A stretch of 64,000 nucleotides of DNA from Squalus acanthias. Taxonomy: Eukaryota. Under the pieces are notes generated by a model that saw nothing but the letters and a program-made list of their open reading frames with translations, did no database searches and was not told where the DNA came from. Shown here one piece after another: positions 37,991 to 49,661 of this stretch. The translations under genes were made by a program, and so were the position numbers. The stretch lies in assembly GCA_030390025.1 (NCBI GenBank), contig CM059432.1, positions 114,454,001-114,518,000 on the forward strand, written 5' to 3'. The stretch's first letter is position 1. The number at the start of each line of letters is the position of its first letter.

Positions 37991-39179
37991 TGGTTGTGCC
38001 CCTTTAAGGGGGCACATGCCTAACTTCCAATAGGCCGCTGCCTGATATAAGAAGATTCAGCAATGAGGAGGAGCTGTCAGAAGATAAAAATAATGATGAT
38101 TAGGAGAAGGAGCAGGATGGAAGATTATTCTATCTAATTGACTACGATGATGAGGAAGAGGGTGTAGGGGCCAAGGCCCCACAGGGGTCCCAAAAGCAAG
38201 AAATTGCCTCGTGTTCTTCTGCCACAATCCCCTCAATCTCACCCCTTCATCACTTGCTTTCTCACCTTTTATTCACCAGCTCAAAAACTTTCACCACAGG
38301 GCTTTCAGGATCTGATAGCTGCCATTAGATCAGCCATCACACTAATCTGCAGGGCATGAATCCAGGGCCCAGTGGAATGATGATAGCTAGAGGTGACTTA
38401 CATGAGCTTTAAACACTCTCATTAAATCCAGCAATTTTCTTTGAAAGTTTCTTCTGGCTGCAGATGCTCGGCACCAGCTGAATATTAGACTGCAATCCCT
38501 CTCCTCCCACCAAATGAAACTGGGACCAAACACGTGCATTTGAATTAGGTTATGCAATTATCAGTTACCAATGAAATGAATGGAGGGGCAGTTTTACATT
38601 GCAGTACCTTAGTAAAGGGTGTCCAACCTGCGGCACCCAAACCATGGCAATATTGCCCTTACAATCCAGGCAACTCAATCCTATTTGAACTTATATTTAT
38701 ATTCTGGTTCATCCTGTTTCAATTTTGTAGGCCAAGAATTTTGGTAAGGGCTGTTTTTAGTGCTGTTGCCTCAGAAAGCTGAGGTCTGTTCATATCAGCA
38801 ACCTGACATATATGTAAATTAACATGTACATGGAAATAAACTTTAAATGTGGTTTCGTGAAGGTTCATAATATGCACGTACATGGTCCACAAAGACAAAA
38901 GCTTGGGCAGGTCTGCCTTAGTACAAATGTTTACTTTCCTGCATTTGAGCTATTCCTAAAGAATACAAACATAACAGTACAAAGGACTCAAACAGTGAAG
39001 TCCGTTACTGTTCAATTTATTTTATTCCACTCATTTTTCTCATGAAAATGATGCAGATGCCCCATCTGTTGGGTTTAAAGAAGTGTTTGACTACATCATA
39101 TTACATCATGGAGACCAAACAGTGGCAGCGTATCCAGGTAAACAGGTTAGAATCAATCTGAAGAGCCTACACTGTGTGA

Positions 39180-40010
39180 ACAAACAACATCAGGTGCTGG
39201 AAATCCAAAACAAAAACAGAAAATGGTGGAAAGACTTGGGGGGAAAAATTGAGTCGCGCCCCTTTTGGGGCGCTAACTTCGCCGTTTAGTGCCCCGAAAA
39301 AATTAGCGCCCCTGCAGCCGAAATTCATCGATAGCGCCCCAAGAGGGAAGCGGGGCGCTACTCGAAGCAACCTGCCTCCCTCTTGGGACGCAGCGAGGGA
39401 ATATTGCGGCCCTACGTTGCGCCGCGATACTGCAGGCCTTCCTCCCCTTCTTAAAGGGGAGGGGTCTGGCGCAGCGCGTCCCGGCATCCAGCTGGGCCAC
39501 CAGGGATCGGAGTGCTGGCAAAAGAGCCCAGCACTCAAGAGAAGTACCGAGCTCACGGAGCACAGCCGGCACTCCGCGGGGGGGGGGGCTGCAGAGGAGG
39601 CCGGGGACGGCAACGGGGGCAGGTGCTGGCAGGCGGCCAGCAACAAAAATGGCCGCCCAGCACCTCGCCTTTAATTAGCGCCACCCCGGCTGCAGGTAGG
39701 CCCCCCTGACCCCGTCGAACATGGTGTCCGGCGGAAATTCAGTGGACGCTACCGAAGATCGCGGCCGGGGCGCGAGCGGGACGCAGCGCACGGCGATGAC
39801 ATCATCGCCGGCGGTGCAGTACCACGGGGCGCAAATAGTTACCGCCGCCACTAACCTCCCGCCCGGACGCTAGTTGCTTTGCGCCCCGTTAGCGCTCTAA
39901 GAAGGCGCTAACGGGGCGCAAAGCAACCAAATTTTTCCCCCTTGGTAGGTCAGGGCGCCTCTGTCAATAGAACACATCGACATTTTCGGTATTGAACCCT
40001 TCCTGGGAAT
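39180..40010 (-). mobile_element. Penelope-type 3' terminus (minus strand) with decayed hammerhead, interrupted by MITE 39239-39941
   Basis: Minus strand GAAGGGTTCAATACCGAAAATGTCGA..CCTGACCT..TTTCCACCATTTCTGTTTTTG..GATTTCCAGCA. Confidence 0.65.
39239..39941. mobile_element. GC-rich Harbinger-type MITE
   Basis: TIR GGGGGAAAAATT / AATTTTTCCCCC; TSD TTG. Confidence 0.88.
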
Positions 40011-40690
40011 TGGTATTGAACCCTTCCTCAGACCTGCTATTGAACCCTTCCTCACACCTTGAACTTTTCCTCAGACATTGAACTCTTCCTCAGACCTGGT
40101 ATTGAACTCTTCCTCAGACCTGGTATTGAACTCTTCCTCAGACCTGGTATTGAACCCTTCCTCAGACCTGGTATTGAACTCTCCCTCAGTCCTGGTATTA
40201 AACCCTTCTTCAGACCTGGTATTGAACTCTTCCTTAGACCTGGTATTGAACTCTTCCTCAGTCCTGGTATTAAACCCTTCCTCAGACCTGGTACTGAACT
40301 CTTCCTCAGTCCTGGTATTAAACCCTTCTTCAGACCTGGTACTGAACTCTCCGTCAGACCTGGTATTGAACTCTCCCTCAGACCTGGTATTGAACTCTCC
40401 CTCAGTCCTGGTATTAAACCCTTCTTCAGACCTGGTATTGAACTCTTCCTCAGACCTGGTATTGAACCCTTCCTCAGACCTGGTATTGAACTCTTCCTCA
40501 GACCTGGTATTGAACTCTTCCTCAGACCTGGTACTGAACTCTCCGTCAGACTTGTTGTTGAACCCTTCCTCAGACCTGGTATTGAACCCTTCCTCAGACC
40601 TGGTATTGAACCCTTCACCAGACCTGGTATTGAACCCTTCACCAGACCTGGTATTGAACCCTTCCTCAGACCTGGTATTGAACCCTTCCT
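39988..40690. repeat. 24-bp minisatellite, ~26 full plus ~4 degenerate units (CCTCAGACCTGGTATTGAAC(C/T)CTT)
   Basis: Direct tandem repeat with no spacers; gives 8-aa periodic ORFs in four frames. Confidence 0.97.
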
Positions 40691-40790
40691 CCAGTTTGGT
40701 TGAAGTGCTCAATACCCAAAACGTCGACTTGTGCTCTCTCAACAGATGCTGCCTGACCTGCTGAGTATTTCCAACATTTTTGTTTTTTGT
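40691..40790 (+). mobile_element. Penelope-type 3' terminus (plus strand) with decayed hammerhead
   Basis: CCAGTTTGGTTGAAGTGCTCAATACCCAAAACGTCGACT..CAGATGCTGCCTGACCTGCTGAGTATTTCCAACATTTTTG. Confidence 0.75.
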
Positions 40791-41755
40791 TCCGCACGCA
40801 ATGATGTTATCTCTAATGAAATATATTTTGTATTTCATGGAGGACGATGGTGCAGTTAAGAGACAGCACTGTGAGGGAAAAACACCTTTCAGGGTGGCAT
40901 CACCAAAATACTCTGTAGTGCCTGTTTAATCTAAAACATTGCAGCAAGCTTTTAACATTGTAATTACTTCTAATGTGGTGTATAAGTACAATAAAAAGAC
41001 CTGGTGGGATCCATTCTACCCTGCTCATGATATGGCCATATCTAACTGATAACTCTGCTGCTTGTGAGCTGTTGGATCTGCTCACTCATGGAACATAATA
41101 TAATATCAACTCTTCACCGTAGGACGTCTACTGACACTTATTAACTTATTCATTGACCAGGTTCATGCTTATCTACAAAACAATGGAAAGGGGGAAAAAA
41201 CCTTAAAATCAAGAGGAAGTTGTTTTGTAAATAGGTGGGTTAAGTGAATACAGGTGATGTAATGATTGTTCTGGACACCTTTTTAAAGCGGGGTTTATTT
41301 TCTGAGAACTCCATTTGATTAAAAGATTTGGGTTGTGTGTGATATTACTGACATTCCTGATTAAATGCACATCATGATCCTGGAATACTGTAATGCATTT
41401 TTGACAAAAAGGAAAATAAATCTTGATCATTTTGATTTTTTCAAGTGGTCACTTAAATTTGAGCAACGTGCTAAAGGCTCAACAGCTGCAAATTTGGAAC
41501 TCTGTAAATATTCTGTTTGTCAATGGGGAAGGCTATGCATGCTGAAAGTTTTCCTAAACAGCCTTTGAAGTGTGATTAACACTGCTTGCACTAAGTTAGA
41601 GTTGACACTGTTTCCCAAAACTGGTGTCATTAGGTCTCTTGTGATGCCACTGCCAGTAACCTTGGTGCCTGTACAAACTCAATTGACTTTTATCGGCTAT
41701 ACAGCAGCTCACTGCTAACATTGACCCTAAAGATCTGCGGGCCTTACAGAGCACT

Positions 41756-42005
41756 ACAATAACTACAACAACAACTTGTATTTATATAGCACCTTTAACG
41801 TAGTAAAACGTCCCAAGGCACTTCACAGGAGTATTATAGGACAAAAATTTGACTGAGCCACATAAGGAAAAATTAGGGCAGATGACCAAAAGCTTGGTCA
41901 AAGAGGTAGGTTTTAAGGATCTTCTTAAAGGAAGAAAGAGAGGTAGAGAGGCGGAGAGGGAATTCCCTGGAGGGAATTCCAGAGCTTAGATCCTAGGCAG
42001 CTGGA
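41756..42005 (-). mobile_element. L2 3' end fragment
   Basis: AACAACAACTTGTATTTATATAGCACC tail and body matching 1950-2180. Confidence 0.85.
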
Positions 42006-43659
42006 AGCCATGAGGAAGTGTGGCAGACCTGTAAATTCAGCTGGACCTGGATAATGCCGAGTCTCAGCCTGTGCTGCCAGTATCTGTACGGACCGCTCCA
42101 AGCAAGGTCACTCACGTTAGAAGGGGCGTGCCCAAGGGGAGAGGACTCCCAGGCTGGAAGTTTCCTTGGCTGGTAATCTGCCAGCAGGCTAGTACACAGG
42201 ATGAGAGGAGGGATACCAGCTGGAAGTGCATCCTTCCTAGGATCTAGTTATGGTCCCCTGAAGGGGAAGATGGACCACAATTCTTAGTCTTCTGTTCTGT
42301 TGCCACTGCTCTCCCCCCAGCGGCACTGTTTCCAGCCCTTCCACAATAGCAAATACCTGAGATACACTCATAATGGCCTGAGTACCCAACCAGACTCATG
42401 CAGATGAGGCAAACGCCTTTGACCCCGCAAACTCTGGTGGAGGCAGGGGCAGAGGCCAAGGTTCACAGTGGGCTGAGACCAGCACCTACACCAAGATCAA
42501 AGACCTGTGGATGTTTGAGGCCATCATCTTTTTTTAAAGCCACTTTTTAAAAAAAATGCACAACCAGCCTGCATGCTTCCTCAGGATAAGTTTTGATAAG
42601 GGGTGCATGCTATAATACAGATTTCACAATAATTGCCTGCACATATGATGGGGTCACATGTAGTTACAGAATTCTATACATTAGTGTGGGAGGATAAGGG
42701 TCATTTTGGTCAGAGGGATTAGAAACATTTATTTTTTTAAGCTGTCAAAAGCTAATTGAGAAGGGAGCAATTCATTTGCGTAATTCTGCATTGATACTGA
42801 TTTCGATCTTACATCTGGAACTAACTCAGTTATTTCTTCTTGTTTAACAACTTTTTTTTCTCTTTTGCCACCAACTTTCTTCCCTCTCTTCCTCTCCTGA
42901 AGGCTTTCACGTTTTGTTGGGGTTACAGTCCCACCTTGGGTACCAAGTGCCCTCTGGTACCTGCCCAAGTCTCTATTTTTCAAGTATGAATGAGTGATTG
43001 TAGGCTACAGAGAACCTATTTGGTGTTCGCCCACAACACTTCAGTAGGAGTCTCTGGATAGCAGGAAACCGGGAGGCTAACTTTCCTCAGACTTCTCTCG
43101 CTCTGCTGCTGTAATTTCGGTGGAAACTCAGTTTATGCGTGTAAACGGAGTTTCTGCCAAACTTCTGAAGAAGTTATGGTGGCGCAGCTCCAAAGAAATT
43201 CACCCGCTGGCCGTTATTCCCCAACTGTAGCTTCCTAGTTCCTGCCATTACCGTTAACCCAGCACAGCTCAAGGATTGAACTTTGGAACCTTCCTGGTCT
43301 GGATGTGGCAGCTACACACTGTCTTAATCAGTTGAGCCACTGACTCAATTTATTGACTATCTCTTCCCTAATTTTGCATCTTGCAATTTTTCACAGTTGT
43401 GTATGCTTCAAACTGTTCATGTAAATCAAATTTAAAAGGTTGTTTGAGAAGTTCCTCCATGACGCTTTACCATGTTTGTACAGGGAGTAGTTCGTAACGA
43501 TGTAATCAATGTTGTCATTGCATCACTGATTTAAAGCTACACTTTTTTTAATGTTTTGCCTCAGTATCTAAAGTATGAATCTGAAATGAGTATGTTTGAA
43601 AATTGTTTATTCATCTCTGGGGCCTGAGCCTCAATTGTCCGAATTGGCAGGGATTGGGG

Positions 43660-44792
43660 TACAGATACACAAGTCACTTAAAGTGGCAATACAGGTTAAT
43701 AAGGCCATAAAAAAGCAAACAATGCACTGGGGTTCATTTCTAGTGGTATAGAACAGAAAAGCAGAGACGTTATGCTAAACTTGTATTGAACCTTGGCTAC
43801 ACCGCAGTTGGAGTACTGTGCACAGTTCTGGTCTCCAGATTACAAAAAGGATATAGAGGCACGAGAGAAGGTACAAAAAAGATTTCGAAGGATGGTACCA
43901 GAGCTGAGAAGGTACAACTTTCAGGAAAGACTGAACATGCTGGGGCTCTTTTCTCTGGAAAAGAGAAGACTGAGTGGTGACCTAATAGAGGTCTTTAAAA
44001 TTATGAAGGGATTTGATAGGGTAGACGTAGAGAAGATGTTTCCGCTCGTGGGGGAGTACAAAATGCATCTATGCTATTCACCTCAACTACTCCATGCAGT
44101 AGCAAATTCCACATTCTAATCACTCTCTAGGTAAAGAAATTTCTTCTGAATTCCTTAGTGGATTTATTAGTGGCTGTCTTATATTTATGTCCTCTAGTTT
44201 TAGACTTCCTCCCCACACCCCCCCGCAACAAGTTGAAACATTTTCTCCATATCTTCAACCTGTCAAACCCCTTTATAATCTTAAAGACCTTTATTAGGTC
44301 AAGAGAGATGAGAAAGATGGGTGTCATCAGTATACATGTGGAAGCTGACCTCATGTCTGTGGATGATGTCACCAAGGGGCAGCATGTAGACGAAGACGAC
44401 GAGGGGGTCAAGGATGGATCCTTAGGGGGTACCTGAGGTGATAGTGTGGGGATGAGAAGAGAAGCCATTTGCTAGTGATGCTTTGGCTATGATCGGATAG
44501 GTAAGAGTGGAACCAAGTGAGAGCAGTCCCTCTGAGCTGGAATAACAGATGTTGAAAAAGGATGGTGGTGGCAGCTGTGTCAATGGCTGTAGAGAGGTCA
44601 ATAGGATGAGGAGACATAATGCACCATCACCACAGTAATACAAACATACAAACGAAAAGATGGACAGGTAAAGGTACGAATAGAAGGATATGTTGATAGG
44701 GTGAGTTGAAGTTGGGAGGAGGCTCATGTGGAGCATAAATACCAGCATAGAACTGGTGGGCCGAATGGCCTGTTTCTGTGTTGTAACATTCT
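43660..44792. mobile_element. Cluster of LINE fragments: CR1 (+, 43660-44060), CR1 (-, 44090-44300), L2 (-, 44300-44630), CR1 tail (+, 44640-44792)
   Basis: [57 protein letters not shown] tail. Confidence 0.8.
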
Positions 44793-45372
44793 GGCCAGAA
44801 TTTTCTGGGGTCCATGCGGGCGCGATTGCAGGCGGGTCAGGTGGGAAATTTTAAATATCTTGCAGCGAGTCAGGAACTCGCCATCATCCCGCGCCCACGC
44901 GCCTTTCCCTCGGGCGCGTTTGCCGGCGCGGCAGTGACCCAAACAGCAGAGGCGGGTGAGCTAATTTAAATCATTATGAGGTACTTGTCAGACCCTTAAG
45001 TGCCTTTTTCACCCTACCTTTCAAATTTCCCCGGTTGAGCACAGGAATCACGGAGCTCGGGAAAAACGTCTGTGAACCTGAGGCGGAAGCTGAGTGGCCA
45101 TTGATCCAACTCATTTGTACACAGCACAAAAAGTACAATAAAACCTCCAACCTCACAGCTGATCACTTTCATAAGGCAGATGCTGTTGCTGACCGCATTA
45201 TCAGCACAGAGTTAGCTTTCTAGAGGTTGCAAGTGTTTCCAGCAATATCGGCATCCAGTGACATCTCATTGGTAGAACCTATCACACCATTGTTTCTGTC
45301 ATCTCTACTTGACCTGCCATCTATTCCATCAGCACGGGTGCCGTTTGTACTGTCTCACCTTGGTCCTCAGAA

Positions 45373-46534
45373 TTGGACCACGATGAGCCTCAACACCAGC
45401 AGCAGCAACAACAACAACACCACCAACCTTCTCCTCAACCACCTGATGTTGCACAGGGCAGAGGGCATCAGCGCAGGGCTGCACCGTGCCGGAGGCGATA
45501 CCCCCAATACAGGGCATACAGGCAGAGGATGAGCTTCCTCAACATGACTGAGCAGCAGTGCCAAAGGAGGCTCAGGCTATCACGTCAGGTCGTCGCAGAC
45601 ATTTGCACATTGCTGGAGCAAGACCTGCAGCCCAGAGGAGCGGGTGGACATGCCTTACCAGTGGCTGTCAAAGTCACCAGCACCATGAACTTCTTCGCCT
45701 TAGGCTCCTTCCAGGGATCTGCAGCAGATATTTGCGGCATCTCGCAATCGGCCGCCCACAGATGCATCACACAGGTCATCAATGCCCTCTTTAACAAGTC
45801 AACCAATTATATCAACTTTGCCACTGATGAAGCCAGTGTTACTGAGCGGGCACTTGGCTTTGCCACTATGGCTGGCTTCCCACGAGTGCAGGGCGTCATT
45901 GACTGCACACATGTGGCCATCAGGGTACCCCATCACCCAGGAGTCTTTTGTCAACCACAAGGGCTTCCACTCCCTCAATGTGCAGCTCGTCTGCAACCAT
46001 AGGAAGATCATCATGCATGTGTGAGCAAAGTTCCCTGGCAGCTGTCATAACTCTTTCGTTCTGCACCAGTCCACCCTCCCTCAGCTCTTCACTCCTCCAA
46101 ACAGATTTTCCGGCTGGCTGCTTGGAGACAAGGGCTATCCACTGAAGACGTGGCTCATGACACCCTTGAGAAGGCCAAATACTGAGGCCCAGAAGAGATA
46201 TAATGAAAGCCACATTTCCACCAGATGTGCCATAGAGCAGACAATAGGCATGCTGAAAATGCACTTCAGATGCCTTGACAGATCTGGAGGAGCCCTTCAT
46301 TACGCACCAGCAAGGGTCTCCAGAATCGTCGTGGTCTGCTGCGCCCTGCACAACATAGTGCAGCAGCGAGGATTAGCGCTACATGAGGAGCAAGGCACTG
46401 AGCTTACAGCCTCTTCAGAGGAGGAGGAGGAGGAGGAGGAGCTGGAGGAACCTGCGTTCCAGATCCCACCAGCACCCGAGCACATTGCTGCCCGGGAGGC
46501 CCTGAATGGGCTCCTCATGGCCAGATTTATTTAA
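45373..46534 (+). pseudogene. Harbinger DDE transposase (HARBI1-like); frameshift at ~45945 and stop at ~46023
   Basis: [81 protein letters not shown]. Confidence 0.92.
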
Positions 46535-46723
46535 CTTTACGCAGTACACCCATATGGCTGCCACAGGCTGCGCCAGGTTGGCACCACCCCACAGCAACAC
46601 CATAAAGCATCCCTACAATGACCAAGCCATTCCTTTCACACTGACCACCATTGCTGGAGGTAGATTTTTATCTGTGACATCACAGTAACGGAAACTTTAC
46701 ACAAACATTTAATAAAACACCCA

Positions 46724-47467
46724 GGGCTAGAAATTCGGTATATTTGCGCCTTTCGTTAGAGCCCCTGGGGGCGCTAATGGGGCGCAAAGGACTTTTCGCA
46801 CAGGCGCGGCGCCGCTAACGACTCCCGCTAAATTCAGCGGGAATTTAGTGGCGGCGGTAACCGGTATCACCCCGCTCCTCTGTGCAGGCGATGACGACGT
46901 CATCACCATGCACAGTGCCCCGCCTGTAAAATTGACCCCCTGAATTTGCGCCGGGCGATGACAGCGACTGATTCAGGGGGCGGGAATGGAGCGGCAGGAG
47001 GCTCGCGAGGCAATAAGTAAAGGGGAGCTGGCAGGCAGGGGTAAAAAAAAAATCGGCCAACTTACTTGTCGCAGCCCATTGCCTCTTTGAACGTGGGGTC
47101 TGTGCCATGATCTAGCAGCCCGGCACTCCTCTTGTGTGCTGAGCTGCTGGCACGGCAGCCCGCTCCCCAGTGGTCCAGGTAGGGCCCCGCACAGTTGTGG
47201 ACTTGGGCCCTCCCCTTTAGTGAGGGGAAGAGCTCTTCCATGTGGCAGCGCTACGTGGCCCAGTGCGTAGCGCTGCAGAATCCACCGCCCCGATATTCGG
47301 GGTTAGCACTCTAAGAAGGAAGTAGAGTGCTTGAATTAGTGCTCCATCTGCCTCTTGGGGCGTTAAAACTGAATTTAGTAGGCGCCGGCGCTATTCTTTG
47401 CCGGGTGCTAAATTTAGCACCCAGGTGATGTTAGCAACCCAAAATGGTTGCTAACGAATTCCACCCC
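46724..47467. mobile_element. GC-rich Harbinger-type MITE inserted between the two convergent genes
   Basis: GGGCTAGAAATTCG / CGAATTCCACCCC ends; TTAGCGCC-type subterminal motifs; absent from the deleted relatives at 9527 and 59909. Confidence 0.75.
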
Positions 47468-47506
47468 CCCCCCTCTCCTCCCCCCCCAGTGGCTACCCTT
47501 GTGAAT

Positions 47507-49380
47507 CTACTTGTGTTTCATCTTTATCTTATGCGTGCTTCTACGAGGTGCTACCACTGTGGCTTCAGCAGAGGTAAAGGCAGCCTGCTCACTTCCCTGC
47601 TGCGACAGCACAGACCCTTTTGGCGAACGTCCTCTGGGTTTTGGAACCTGTGATGCCCCTCCAAAGTCTGCTCCTCCTGCAACTGTGCAGGGGCAGACTC
47701 GGCCATCGCGATCCGAAGAGGCATCTAGGGCTCTGACCTGCGGGGGTGGGGGGGGGGAGGCGCAACAGGGGAGAAGTGTGGGCACTTTGAGAGGAGCCCC
47801 CTCTTCCATGTCCCCTTTCACCATCATCCCTCTCATGGGCCACCTGCACTTCTCTGATTGCAAGGAGCTGGAGAGCACCTTACTGCACAGAAGTGGGGCC
47901 CATGAGGACCCACATCTATGTTGACATCCCTCCTAGAGAGGACGTCTATGAACCTCTGCAATCTATTCTCCATAGATAGCCATCTATTCTCCTTAGAGAC
48001 CATGTGCTCCTGTGTGTGGCGTATTAGCTGCTCCATGCAGGTGGCCATCCTATCCATGGAAGAGCCTACAGTCACCATCGCATGCAACACGGTGGTGCTC
48101 ATGTTGGAGATGGCCTCCTCCATTCTCTGGACATTTGCAGACATCGCGGTCGCAAAACCTGTCCAAGCCTCCTGCACTTCTTGCTGCACCTCCAGGATCA
48201 TCCTCTTCCTGGATGGCCCATGAGGTTCAGCGTCTGGATGCAGCTGAGTAGAGCTAGGAGCGTCCTGCACCCTCCACTGCTGTCGCTGTCTCCACCATCT
48301 GATCTTGCTCACTTGTGAGTTGTGAGACACCAGGTGACAACACTACTCTATCTCGCGTGGGACCCACCGAGGTGTGGAGTATCTGCGCTGGTGCCGGGTG
48401 TGCTTTTGTCCAGTGATGGTGCACCTGAGGCTCCTCTCAGGAGTCGTCTTCCTCTTCCACCTGGACAGTCGGGGGGGCTCTTGATGGCCCTGTGGGAGAG
48501 TAAAGAGATGAGATAGTTATGTCATATCAAGAATGGGTACAGATACCATTATGCACATGATGAACATTCACTGGCTGCTGACATCAGTCCCCATAAGAGT
48601 GACTGCTGTATGCCATGTAGCTGTATGATATGTAATTTTGTCACCAGGTTGCTGAGATGTCCCCCTTTCTCCGTTTCCCACTTCCAGCTGCTTGGCGACT
48701 CCAGAGACTTCCAAGGCAGCCTCCTCTGCTGATGTTAGGGTGGCCAATGATGGAGTTCCACCTCTGGATCTCTCCCTCTCCCTCTTATTGTGGGCTCTCT
48801 TTTCCTGCAAAGAGGGAAAGAAAAGACAGTTGAGTAAGAGTGATGGAATGACTGTAAGGAATAGATGGGTTACATCAGCAGAGGGTGACTATGATGGAGT
48901 TGGGTGGCAATGGCAAGTGGCCTCCTTGTGTGTTGTTAGTTGGTATGATTGCATTAGGATGAGAGTGAGTGTGAGGGGTGGCTAGTCAGATGGGGATGTG
49001 ATAATGTAGACAAAGAGGGATGGATGGGCGTGCAAGGTATGTTGGTGTAAGGATGTGCAGGAGCAGGGTTGGGAAGGCAGAGTAATGGGGATGTGATGAG
49101 AGGCACAGCAGGATGAAGTTGAATGTGGCTTTACACTCACCTTTCCTGATCTAATGAGATCATTGAAACATTTGCAGCACAGCACTCAGGTCCTCCTGAC
49201 CACATTCCTGCTGTTGACCTCCTCTCCTATTTGGAGCAAGTTTCGTTTTGTCTCCTGGGGAGGTCTCTTGCGCCCATTAGAAGAGAAGAGGACCTCCCTG
49301 CATGCTTTCACTCCCTCCACAAGCATATGGAGGGAGTCATCGGAGAACCTGGGTGCAGCCCTCTGTCTCAGTGCAGTCAT
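47507..49380 (-). pseudogene. Harbinger Myb/SANT gene, 3 exons, inactivated
   Basis: Exon 1 49380-49141 MTALRQRAAPRFSD..FNDLIRSGK|GTGAGT; exon 2 48804-48645 TTGCAG|EKRAHNKRER; exon 3 from 48489 CCACAG|; premature stops. Confidence 0.85.
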
Positions 49381-49477
49381 GTTTGGCACTCTTTATGCAG
49401 TCCAATTGTGCAATGTGCTGCCTGCACTATCCTAGATGAACTTTCAAATGCAATGTGGCCATGGCTCCTTTAAATAT

Positions 49478-49661
49478 GTGGTGATTTAATTTATTGGTCT
49501 GCAATTGTAAAGTACACATGCTTTTTTTTCCATCTATATATGCTCTGACGATTCTGTATCCAATTTACTTCACCTGAGGAAGGAGCGATAGTTCCGAAAG
49601 CTTGTGATTTCAAATAAAACTGTTGGACTATAACCTGGTGTTGTGCGACCTCTCAATTTTG
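49478..49661 (+). mobile_element. Short Penelope-type terminal insert with hammerhead
   Basis: 12-bp TSD TCCTTTAAATAT; same 3' sequence as the 26014 and 28994 copies. Confidence 0.8.
49570..49607 (+). ncRNA. Minimal type I hammerhead ribozyme motif
   Basis: TCAC-CTGAGGA-A-GGAGC GATA GTTCC-GAA-AGCT-T-GTGA. Confidence 0.8.

Noticed and set aside
39988..40690. CRISPR array or repetitive protein gene
   Set aside because: Units are contiguous with no unique spacers, no cas genes are present and the context is vertebrate. The long ORFs in four frames are a by-product of a 24-bp unit lacking stops.
45373..46534. Host HARBI1 gene
   Set aside because: It lies between TIRs with a partner Myb gene and has a frameshift and an internal stop, so it is a transposon copy.
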